A stretch of 15,259 nt of DNA from a bacterium (GCA_043811375.1 JBDRNJ010000079.1:1-15259), one strand, 5' to 3'; shown: positions 1 to 7,754, counted from the stretch's first letter. Notes: generated by a model not told the origin, from the letters alone. Numbers and translations are program-made.

Positions 1-137
1 CCAGCGATAACGTAAATCTTTGTCTGTAAACCACAAGTTTACCACGGGTTTGACTCCTTTCATTTGGTTCGAAAGACTCAAAGTCAAACCCGTTGTTATT
101 TCAATCTACCAATTTACACAACTTAGTTTACACTACC
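1..137 (+). mobile_element. End of a putative IS256-family element running off the left edge; terminal repeat at 110-137
   Basis: 110-137 reverse-complements to GGTAGTGTAAACTAAGTTGTGTAAATTG, 21/28 identical to the terminus at 15120-15147 that abuts an IS256-type transposase C-terminus. TTGTGTAAA is typical of IS256-family IRs. No recognisable transposase coding sequence here. Confidence 0.6.
44..93. repeat. 12-bp perfect inverted repeat inside the left IS end
   Basis: ACGGGTTTGACT (44-55) / AGTCAAACCCGT (82-93), with an inner CTTTC/GAAAG pair. Confidence 0.6.
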
Positions 138-221
138 CTATACAATCACCGGTTGTCTTAGCCGGGTTGTTGATTTATCTTGGCACGGCAACGATCCGAC
201 ACTTCAAGAACCTGAGGTGAT

Positions 222-1097
222 ATGCTGTTTGGAGCCCATCAATCTATAGCGGGCGGGGTGCACAAGGCGATCGAACGCGGGAAACAGGCCACCTGCGATA
301 CAATCCAGATATTTAACAAATCCAGCAATCAGTGGCGAGCCGCCGCCCTGAAACAGCAGGATATCGACACCTACTTCGAATTGATCGAATCTACCGGTGT
401 TAAGGTGGCGACATCCCATACCGGCTACCTGATCAATATCGCCACGCCGGAACGGGATCTCGGCGATAAGTCCCTCAAATCCTTGCAGGAGGAGATGGAA
501 CGGTGCCGACTCCTGCGAATCCCAAACCTGGTATTGCACCCCGGTTCCCATGTCGGTTCGGGTGAGGAGCCGGGTATGAGCCGGATCGCGGAGAACATCA
601 ACCGGCTTTTTGATAAGTTGAACGACAACCAGGTATGTCTGCTGCTGGAGACTACGGCCGGTCAGGGAACCAATCTGGGGTACTCATTCGAGCAGTTGGC
701 CCATATGATCGATAGCGTTGACAACCAGGCGCAAATGGGAGTCTGTCTCGACACCTGTCATGTTTTCGCCGCCGGTTACCCTCTGAAAGATCCCGACGAC
801 TACCAGCGCACAATGGAGCGTTTCGACAAGGTTATCGGACTGGACCGCCTGAATATCATCCATCTCAATGACAGCAAGAAGGAATTCGGCAGTCGTCGCG
901 ACCGCCACGAGCACATCGGCCGGGGCTTTATCGGTCGCGATGGATTCAGAAACATTGTCAACGACAGGCGACTGGAAAGTATCCCGATGATTCTGGAGAC
1001 ACCCAAGGGCGAAGACCTGGCGGAGGATATCGAGAATCTCAAGGTCCTGCGCAGCCTGGTCTCACGGCAACGGAAATCCGGAACCAAAGCCCGGTAA
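222..1097 (+). CDS. nfo: Endonuclease IV (AP endonuclease family 2)
   Basis: GAHQSIAGG, HTGYLINIA, VLHPGS, LLETTAGQG, CLDTCHVFAAGY, HLNDSK, DRHEHIG, ILETP motifs; GAGGTG Shine-Dalgarno just before ATG. Confidence 0.97.
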   Translation: MLFGAHQSIAGGVHKAIERGKQATCDTIQIFNKSSNQWRAAALKQQDIDTYFELIESTGVKVATSHTGYLINIATPERDLGDKSLKSLQEEMERCRLLRIPNLVLHPGSHVGSGEEPGMSRIAENINRLFDKLNDNQVCLLLETTAGQGTNLGYSFEQLAHMIDSVDNQAQMGVCLDTCHVFAAGYPLKDPDDYQRTMERFDKVIGLDRLNIIHLNDSKKEFGSRRDRHEHIGRGFIGRDGFRNIVNDRRLESIPMILETPKGEDLAEDIENLKVLRSLVSRQRKSGTKAR

Positions 1098-1133
1098 AAA
1101 GCCGACCAAAACGCATCCGGACGACATAGAACC

Positions 1134-2666
1134 TTACAGGTTCAGTTTTCCCACCGCCTTTTCCACTGCTTCGACAATCGAACCATCACGTACCAGACCG
1201 GTCACGGTTTCTATATCCGGATAGAGCGGGCGATCATCCACCAGGCGTTCAAGCCTGGAACGGATTACGGAATAAGCTGCTTCGCTGCCGCTACCGGCCT
1301 TCAACGGGCGCTTGAAATCCAGTGCTTGTGCCGCCGACATAAGTTGAATGGCAACCACGATCTCCGTGTTACGGACTATCTCGGTCAGCTTGCGAGCCGC
1401 AATTGAGCCCATACAGACATGGTCTTCCTGGTCGGCGGAAACCGGTATGCTGTCCACCACGGCCGGGTGTGACAATATTTTGTTTTCGGACACCAGCGCT
1501 GCCGAAGAATACTGGGCCACCATCAGGCCCGAATTGAGTCCCTGTCCCTCCGCCAGGAAATCCGGCAGACCGGAAAGGACCGGATTGAGCAGCCGGTTGG
1601 TGTGGCGCTCAGCCAGGGAGGCAAACTCCGAAACGGCAATGCACAGAAAATCCTGCGCCATAGCTACCGCCTGACCGTGGAAATTACCGGCCGCCAGGTA
1701 TTCATCGTCTTCAGTGAAGAACAGCGGGTTGTCGGCAACGCCGTTGATCTCATCGAGGTGAGTGCGTCGGGCGTACTGGAGGGCGTCCAGCGACGGCCCC
1801 AGAATCTGCGGGATACAGCGCAGGGAATAGGCATCCTGCACCTTGCCGCGGTTGTCGGGAATTGTCTGAGAACCATCCACAATCCGCCGGACGTTCTCGG
1901 CTACCACTATCGGGCCGCGGTGGTTCTTGATCCGGTGCACTCGTGGATCGAAACACGAAGGGTTGGACCCGATACAGTCATAAGTCATGGCCGCAGCGAT
2001 CTGGGCATTTCCGGCGACCAGGGCGGAATCGTGAACTGCCAGAGCGCCGACCCCTGTAAAAGCCTGGGTGCCGTTGATCAACCCCAAACCTTCCTTGTAG
2101 GAGAGTGTCAGTGGTTTAATACCGGCGGCTTTCATCGCCTCGGCGCCGGTCATTCTCTGACCCTGATAGTCCGCCCGGCCCTCGCCCATAACCACTTCAG
2201 CCATCTGTGACAGCGGCGCCAGGTCGCCCGATGTACCCAGCGAGCCTTTTTTGTAAATCACCGGATGTACCTTCTTGTTCAGCATCTGTACCAGCGTCTC
2301 GACCAGTTCCAGGCGTACACCGGAGTAGCCTTTGGACAGGACATTGGCCCTTAACAGCATAGCCGCGCGTACATCGCATTCTTCGATCGGATCTCCAACC
2401 GCCGCCGCGTGCGAATAGACTATCCGTCGTTGTAATTCCTCGCCCTGTTCAGGTGATACCTGTATTCGTGCAAATTCACCGATACCGGTCGTTACACCAT
2501 AGATGGGTACGTTCGCCGCTACCTTGCGCTCAATAACTCCCCGGTTGGCTTTTATGGCCTGACGGGATTCGGTCGTGAGGCTTACTGCTGCCGAGGCGCG
2601 GCAGACGGCGTCAACCTGCTCGATCGTCAGATCATTGCCGGTTAAAAAAACTTCTTTGATGGTCAT
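1134..2666 (-). CDS. hutH: Histidine ammonia-lyase-like MIO-dependent aromatic amino acid lyase
   Basis: YGVTTGIG loop, YSHAA (Ser-His selectivity motif of HALs), GSLGTSGDLAPL, KEGLGLING, VQDAYSLRC, GNFHG, QEDHV; GGGAG SD at 2678-2682. Confidence 0.85.
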   Translation of the reverse strand: MTIKEVFLTGNDLTIEQVDAVCRASAAVSLTTESRQAIKANRGVIERKVAANVPIYGVTTGIGEFARIQVSPEQGEELQRRIVYSHAAAVGDPIEECDVRAAMLLRANVLSKGYSGVRLELVETLVQMLNKKVHPVIYKKGSLGTSGDLAPLSQMAEVVMGEGRADYQGQRMTGAEAMKAAGIKPLTLSYKEGLGLINGTQAFTGVGALAVHDSALVAGNAQIAAAMTYDCIGSNPSCFDPRVHRIKNHRGPIVVAENVRRIVDGSQTIPDNRGKVQDAYSLRCIPQILGPSLDALQYARRTHLDEINGVADNPLFFTEDDEYLAAGNFHGQAVAMAQDFLCIAVSEFASLAERHTNRLLNPVLSGLPDFLAEGQGLNSGLMVAQYSSAALVSENKILSHPAVVDSIPVSADQEDHVCMGSIAARKLTEIVRNTEIVVAIQLMSAAQALDFKRPLKAGSGSEAAYSVIRSRLERLVDDRPLYPDIETVTGLVRDGSIVEAVEKAVGKLNL

Positions 2667-2759
2667 ATTTTCAAATCTCCCGTTTCAATTATTATTCCAG
2701 TTGCCAGGATTTATTGCACGTAGTGGGGAGCACCGGGTGTCCGGTTCCCGGTCGGTCGC

Positions 2760-2870
2760 TCATTCGTCAAGAAGACCGGAGGCCGACGAAGGGCGATAAC
2801 GGACCGGAATCGTCGTGATCGGCTTGGGGAATGTAGAACGCTGCTTATAAATCCAGCAAAATCGAGCCAT
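2760..2870 (-). CDS. Putative 36-aa leader peptide (uORF) MARFCWIYKQRSTFPKPITTIPVRYRPSSASGLLDE upstream of the lyase
   Basis: Perfect GGAGGT SD (2882-2877) 6 nt before ATG 2870, immediately after a predicted promoter; stop codon lies inside a long imperfect hairpin. Confidence 0.45.
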   Translation of the reverse strand: MARFCWIYKQRSTFPKPITTIPVRYRPSSASGLLDE

Positions 2871-2889
2871 TTGGTGACCTCCAGCAGGC

Positions 2890-2917
2890 AAGGTAGTCTT
2901 CAGAAACCGATTGTCAA
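2890..2917 (-). promoter_or_regulatory. sigma70-type promoter for uORF-hutH
   Basis: TTGACA (2917-2912), 16 nt, TACCTT (2895-2890). Confidence 0.55.
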
Positions 2918-2939
2918 CTCCATTTGTGCCGGTCATATT
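2911..2939 (+). promoter_or_regulatory. sigma70-type promoter for the exonuclease-WYL gene (leaderless geometry); -35 overlaps the divergent hutH -35
   Basis: TTGTCA (2911-2916), 17 nt, CATATT (2934-2939), 5 nt, ATG 2945. Confidence 0.55.
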
Positions 2940-2944
2940 CCGGT

Positions 2945-3790
2945 ATGACAAATATGACAGGTGCCGGCCGGTTTCTTTGCCGACAGCAGTTTGTGGCGTT
3001 CGATACCGAAACGACCGGTCTCTGGGCGCCCAGCAATCGCATTGTGGAACTGGCGGCGGTCCGTTTCCGTACGGGAGAGGACCAGGTCAGCAATTTCCAG
3101 TCACTGATCGATCCGGAGCGGCCAATCCCGGAGGAGGTTATCGAGATTCACGGTATCACCGACCAAATGGTCGCCGGAGCACCGTCGGCGGATGTGGTTC
3201 TGACGCAGTTTCGGGAGTTCTGTGGTGATGACTCGATCCTGATCGCCCACAACGCCCCGTTTGACATATCGTTTGTGGCCTGCGAGTTGGGTCGGGCTAG
3301 CCTGCAATTCGGAGATAACCTGGTGCTGGATACGGTAGACATTTTCCGCCGTTTCTATCCCAACCTGGAGTCATATTCACTATTGTCGCTGGCCAGCAGG
3401 TTCGGGATTGCGCAGACACAGCTACATCGTGCACTTGAGGATGCCGACCTGGTGCGGTTGCTATTTCTTCAGGCTGCCCCGCATCTGGGGTCGGTAAACA
3501 GCCTTGATGACCTGAGGTCTCATCTCACGACGTCCACGATGGCTGAATGGCCCGGTGAGTGCCGGGAACTGCCGCCGGAGTTTGCTGAATTGCAGCGAGC
3601 CCTGAAAGAAGAATTGCGGGTGGAGATCATATATCGGTCAGCCTCGCAGCCGGCTCACAAGCGTGTAGTCCGGCCCCGTCAGGTCTACACGCTTGGCTCG
3701 CAATACTACATCACCGCCTGGTGTGAACGGTCCCGTGCCGAGCGGACTTTCCGGCTCGATCGCGTCGAGAGTTTCCGGGTGCTGGAGTGA
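2945..3790 (+). CDS. DnaQ-like DEDDh 3'-5' exonuclease fused to a C-terminal WYL domain
   Basis: ExoI AFDTETTGL, ExoII IAHNAPFD, ExoIII HRALEDA; C-terminal VEIIY..RVVRP..YYITAWC..R.AERTFRLDRV is a WYL signature. Start set to ATG 2945 (2954 is the alternative). Confidence 0.9.
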   Translation: MTNMTGAGRFLCRQQFVAFDTETTGLWAPSNRIVELAAVRFRTGEDQVSNFQSLIDPERPIPEEVIEIHGITDQMVAGAPSADVVLTQFREFCGDDSILIAHNAPFDISFVACELGRASLQFGDNLVLDTVDIFRRFYPNLESYSLLSLASRFGIAQTQLHRALEDADLVRLLFLQAAPHLGSVNSLDDLRSHLTTSTMAEWPGECRELPPEFAELQRALKEELRVEIIYRSASQPAHKRVVRPRQVYTLGSQYYITAWCERSRAERTFRLDRVESFRVLE

Positions 3791-3889
3791 CCGGGATAGT
3801 ATTTATTGGTGATCGCAAGCTATTGGACTGACAGCCCTGAAGGGACGATTTGGTGGTCACTCGGGCATGATTTCCCTCATACTTTGATG

Positions 3890-3895
3890 TATACT
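3890..3895 (+). promoter_or_regulatory. -10 element for mtaB (leaderless geometry)
   Basis: TATACT 7 nt before ATG 3903, no SD; -35 is weak (ATGATT 3867-3872). Confidence 0.45.
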
Positions 3896-3902
3896 ATTGT
3901 TG

Positions 3903-5210
3903 ATGGATAATCACTCTACCAGAATCGTATCATTCCAGACGGTCGGCTGTCGGCTCAATCAGTACGAAACCGAGCGGATGGCGGCGCAACTGCGACCGTA
4001 CGGGTTCCGGCGCGCTCAAAAAGGCGAACCGGCTGATCTCTACATTATTAATACCTGTACCGTAACCCATCGGGCTGCTTCCGACTGCCGCTACCTTATC
4101 AGACGAGCGGCACGGGCCAACCCGGAAGCTCGAATTGTGGTGGTCGGCTGCTACGTGGAACATGAGCCGGAGCGAATTGCCGGCATGGAGCAGGTTGACC
4201 TTATCATTAATAACAGCGAGAAAGAAGCCATCAGCGAAATCCTGTCCCGCCGGTTTCCCGAACTGTTTAACGGCCGGATTGACCACCGGTTTACTGGAGA
4301 GCTTACTGATTTCCATGAACGTAACCGGGCCTGGATTAAAATCTCTGATGGTTGCAATCAGAACTGTTCATTCTGTATCGTAACCATTGTCCGCGGCGAT
4401 CTGGTCAACCGTCCGTCCGGGGAGATTATCGACGAAATCAACCGGCTGGTCCATAGTGGCTATCAGGAAGTTGTTCTCACCGGCGTCAATATGGGCTACT
4501 ACCAGTATAGTACCGCCAGTCCGGCGATAGAGAACCTGGCCGATTTGTGCCGGTTGATTATCGATACCACCGACCTGTATCGGTTGCGGTTATCGTCGAT
4601 TGAACCACAGACCTTGACCGATGAACTGCTCGATATCTACGCTGCCTCCGACGGACGTATCTGCCGTCATTTCCATCTGCCGCTTCAGTCCGGTTCCGAG
4701 CGCATTCTGAGACAGATGCGTCGACCCTATAGTCCGCAGGCGTTTTTGGAACGGATTAACCAGACCAAAGCGGCGGTGCCCAATACTATTATCGGGGCGG
4801 ATGTTATCGTCGGGTTTCCCGGCGAAACCGAGCAGGATTTTCAACAGACCTTAGACTTGTGCCAATCCGGATCGATTGACTATCTGCATGTTTTCAGTTA
4901 TTCCGATCGTCCCGGAACGGCTGCCGCCGAAATGGGGGAGAAGGTCAAACCTGAAATCATCCGTCAGCGTAACAAGCTGCTGACTGGTTTTTCAAACCGG
5001 GCTTTATTTGATTCCCACCGGCGCCAGGTCGGCCGGGTGCTGGAGTTCATCTCTGAACACAAACAGCAGGGCGAAGGTTTCTACAGGGCGATATCCGACA
5101 ACTACTTGCGCCTGAAGCTGCCGGAAGGAATCAATTCCGGAAGGAACATTGTCAGAGCCAGGATCACTTCTGCCAATGAGGGCTACCTTGAAGGAGAGGT
5201 TCTCTCCTGA
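3903..5210 (+). CDS. mtaB: tRNA t6A37 methylthiotransferase MtaB (radical SAM)
   Basis: TVGCRLNQYETE, INTCTVT, VGCY N-terminal Cys set; radical SAM CNQNCSFC; RLRLSSIEP, HLPLQSGS, GADVIVGFPGE, HVFSYSDRPGT. Confidence 0.92.
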   Translation: MDNHSTRIVSFQTVGCRLNQYETERMAAQLRPYGFRRAQKGEPADLYIINTCTVTHRAASDCRYLIRRAARANPEARIVVVGCYVEHEPERIAGMEQVDLIINNSEKEAISEILSRRFPELFNGRIDHRFTGELTDFHERNRAWIKISDGCNQNCSFCIVTIVRGDLVNRPSGEIIDEINRLVHSGYQEVVLTGVNMGYYQYSTASPAIENLADLCRLIIDTTDLYRLRLSSIEPQTLTDELLDIYAASDGRICRHFHLPLQSGSERILRQMRRPYSPQAFLERINQTKAAVPNTIIGADVIVGFPGETEQDFQQTLDLCQSGSIDYLHVFSYSDRPGTAAAEMGEKVKPEIIRQRNKLLTGFSNRALFDSHRRQVGRVLEFISEHKQQGEGFYRAISDNYLRLKLPEGINSGRNIVRARITSANEGYLEGEVLS

Positions 5211-5277
5211 CTGTTAGTTGACGCTGCATTTTTTCGATCACACGACTGCGCCGCAAGACCTGACAAAACATAGATGG

Positions 5278-5342
5278 GGCAGATGTGGACATCTGCCGCC
5301 CACAATGGTGGAATTGGCAGGTCTGTACCAGACCTGCCCTAC
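5278..5342 (-). repeat. Two tandem REP-like palindromes (GTRG tetranucleotide plus hairpin) between convergent mtaB and rqcH
   Basis: On the - strand: GTAG-GGCAGGTCTG-GTA-CAGACCTGCC (5342-5316) and GTGG-GC-GGCAGATG-TCCA-CATCTGCC (5303-5278). Confidence 0.65.
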
Positions 5343-5364
5343 AACTACGATGCAATTGTCAACC

Positions 5365-7041
5365 TCACCTCTCCGGTTTCTGCGGGGCTACCATGATCGA
5401 CTTCTCGCGCTCGACCGTCACCAGCCCCGGTTTGGCCTTGCGCGGTTTGCGCACGTAACGACGCTGGGTGTAGATAATCGGCACCAGGCCGTCATGACGC
5501 GCTTTACTGAACCAGGCGGCCACTGCCGCTGCTTCCTCGATCTCATGCTTCGATGGCTGAAACGTCTTGCCGGGGAACTTGATCACCACGTGTGATCCCG
5601 GACACTGCTGGGCGTGGAACCAGAGTTCGTATGGTTTGGCATGTCCGAAAGTAGTGTGATCGTTATCAGCGCCGTCACGTCCGACAAAGATACGCAGGCC
5701 GGTAGTCAGGGTGTATTCGCGGTAGGGAAGACGCGGCGCGGTTTCTCCCTTGACCCCCGTGCGAGGCATCAAGGTCGCAATTTCTGATTCATAGCGGTTG
5801 CGGGCTGATTCGAAATCCTGCTTCAGTTCCGATTGCATCCGGGTCAGGTTGGCCAGTTCTTCTTCGGTGATAGTCATTCGCCGCCGCAACAGTTGCAGTC
5901 CCTGACGGCCCTTGCGATACCGGCGGAAGCAAGCTTCCACGTTGTCGGCGGGGGAGAGGGACGGGTCGAGTTTGATGTCAATCTCGGTCCCTTCCGACAA
6001 GTAGACATTCGGCAGCCTGATCTTCACCATGCCCTTGCGAATCTGACCGAAATTGATCTGCAGCAGCTCTCCCATTTGTTTGTAATGCTCATACTCGGCC
6101 GCTTCGGTAATGTCCTGTTCTACCTTTTCCAATCGTCTTTGAAGTTTCCTGGCCGCCCTGCTGACGGCATCCCTGATGCGTTTCTCCATGTCGGCTGTCT
6201 GCACCTCTGTTCGTCGAGTGCGCGTCATGGCCCGGACCGCCAGGGAGAGCGTCTTCAGTTTCTCCGGTTGTTGAGCTACCGACGACAGTCGCAACGGGTA
6301 GGCAGCGGTGCTGTCCGGCAACTGATACAGGTAGCCGACATCCGGCTGCTCGAAGCGAGCCGTTATCTGGCGAACGCTATCGACAAGAGCCGGAAGTTGT
6401 TCGTCTCCCAAATGTTGCCGGTCAGCGGTGAGACCCGAGCGGGTGACAGCTTCGTGAGACAGGTGCTGATCGAATCCGAGAACATGCCTTCGGACAAAGG
6501 CAGCCACTGACGGTCCCGGTTGCTTGTCGGCGGTAAGGCAATCGCGAAGTTGTTCGGCGGTCAGCGTCAAAGGCGACAGCTTGTCAAGCGGTGGTGCGGT
6601 AAGGTACTTGTCGCCGACGGTGAAAGTTCGTTTGCGCAGAGACACCAGGCGGCAGCCCCGGCCGTCCAGCAGCCACAGGTTTCCGTTGGGGCCGTGAGCC
6701 TCGACCATGACGATCAACGGCTGTCCGTCCTTCTTTAGAGACAGCTCAAGCTGCCGGTCAAAACCGACCTGTCGCACGCCGGTTACTACAGCGCCATCTA
6801 TGCTGAAAGCGGGTCGTGGTTTTTCGCGCGTGTCGATTGTGATCTTCGAAGCCGTGACTACAAACGCTCCGGAACCGGCCGGATGATACAGAAAACCGAA
6901 GGCTTGCCGCCGCCGATCTTTTTTGATAAACAGGTAGACCGCCCGTTCCTTGCGATAGAACTCGACCGAAGTAACGATGCCGCCGATAATCTCACACTTT
7001 AGTTCTTCAGCCAGAGCCAGGATGTGCAACGCGGTTTGCAT
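5365..7041 (-). CDS. rqcH: NFACT/Rqc2-family ribosome quality control protein (FbpA/RqcH-like)
   Basis: NFACT-N motifs FDRQLEL and VEAHGPNGNLWLLD, coiled coil with GELLQIN and IKLDPSLSPADNV, NFACT-R motifs VGRDGADND, WFHAQQCPGSHVVIK, YVRKPRKAKPGLV. Confidence 0.9.
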   Translation of the reverse strand: MQTALHILALAEELKCEIIGGIVTSVEFYRKERAVYLFIKKDRRRQAFGFLYHPAGSGAFVVTASKITIDTREKPRPAFSIDGAVVTGVRQVGFDRQLELSLKKDGQPLIVMVEAHGPNGNLWLLDGRGCRLVSLRKRTFTVGDKYLTAPPLDKLSPLTLTAEQLRDCLTADKQPGPSVAAFVRRHVLGFDQHLSHEAVTRSGLTADRQHLGDEQLPALVDSVRQITARFEQPDVGYLYQLPDSTAAYPLRLSSVAQQPEKLKTLSLAVRAMTRTRRTEVQTADMEKRIRDAVSRAARKLQRRLEKVEQDITEAAEYEHYKQMGELLQINFGQIRKGMVKIRLPNVYLSEGTEIDIKLDPSLSPADNVEACFRRYRKGRQGLQLLRRRMTITEEELANLTRMQSELKQDFESARNRYESEIATLMPRTGVKGETAPRLPYREYTLTTGLRIFVGRDGADNDHTTFGHAKPYELWFHAQQCPGSHVVIKFPGKTFQPSKHEIEEAAAVAAWFSKARHDGLVPIIYTQRRYVRKPRKAKPGLVTVEREKSIMVAPQKPER

Positions 7042-7047
7042 AAACTG

Positions 7048-7076
7048 AATATAGGGGCAATCGGATCGTGATACAA
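7048..7076 (-). promoter_or_regulatory. sigma70-type promoter for rqcH (leaderless geometry)
   Basis: TTGTAT (7076-7071), 17 nt, TATATT (7053-7048), 6 nt, ATG 7041; no SD. Confidence 0.6.
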
Positions 7077-7225
7077 CCGGCTGGTTGCTGATTGCGGGTC
7101 AGCCGCTATGACCCGGAAAAAACACCCCGACAGTGAACAATCCGGCCGGTTGCTGCGTATTAATAGGTGGAACCTCCTTTGGTAACCAGGATGGTTTACC
7201 GGAATGCAACCCACTGTATCCACGT

Positions 7226-7255
7226 GTGGAAGGCGGAGTAAGGATACTCCGCCTT
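7226..7255 (+). repeat. REP-like palindrome with AGGA/TCCT loop
   Basis: GTGG-AAGGCGGAGTA-AGGA-TACTCCGCCTT, 11-bp perfect stem. Confidence 0.6.
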
Positions 7256-7307
7256 TCTATATGATATCAACGTCCCGGGTTTCAATGTTGCCCGCCTGAA
7301 AACAACC

Positions 7308-7336
7308 TTGCCCACCGCTCACGGACAGACTAATAT
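7308..7336 (+). promoter_or_regulatory. sigma70-type promoter for iscU (leaderless geometry)
   Basis: TTGCCC (7308-7313), 17 nt, TAATAT (7331-7336), 6 nt, ATG 7343; no SD. Confidence 0.6.
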
Positions 7337-7342
7337 AGCTGT

Positions 7343-7717
7343 ATGTACAACCAGACGGTCCTGGACCACTTTCAGAATCCTCGTAACACCGGCGAGATTG
7401 CCGATGCCGACGGAATCGGTCAGGTCGGCAATCCGGCCTGCGGCGACGTGATGAAGGTCTACATCAGGGTTGCCGACGGTCGGCTGGTTGATATCAGGTA
7501 CAAGACTTTCGGTTGCGCGGCAGCGATTGCCTGCAGTTCAGCCGCTTCGGAACTGGTCAAGGGCAAATCGATTGAGCAGGCATTTCAACTGACTCGTGAA
7601 GAAGTTGCTCTCAAGCTGGACGGCCTGCCACCGCAGAAGATGGCTTGCTCCAACCTGGCCCCGGACGCCATCAAGGCCGCTATCGAGGACTACCGCTCAA
7701 GGGAATGCAAGGTGTAA
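7343..7717 (+). CDS. iscU: Fe-S cluster assembly scaffold, IscU/NifU-N type
   Basis: VLDHFQNPRN, GNPACGDVM, KTFGCAAAIA, LPPQKMACSNL; all three conserved Cys present. Confidence 0.92.
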   Translation: MYNQTVLDHFQNPRNTGEIADADGIGQVGNPACGDVMKVYIRVADGRLVDIRYKTFGCAAAIACSSAASELVKGKSIEQAFQLTREEVALKLDGLPPQKMACSNLAPDAIKAAIEDYRSRECKV

Positions 7718-7754
7718 TAGGTCGGTTGGGTGGCAATCTCTTACACGGACGTTG

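Noticed and set aside
113..146. IS-derived hybrid promoter for nfo (TTTACA in the IR with TACAAT at 141-146)
   Set aside because: Spacings are 22 and 8 nt, not 16-18
20..220. 66-aa ORF upstream of nfo
   Set aside because: TTG start with no SD, spans the IS terminus and has no recognisable motif
5218..6738. + strand ORFs 5218-5595, 5833-6510 and 6520-6738, and similar antisense ORFs over nfo, hutH, mtaB and groEL
   Set aside because: They are shadow frames of well-supported genes in GC-rich DNA, with no motifs
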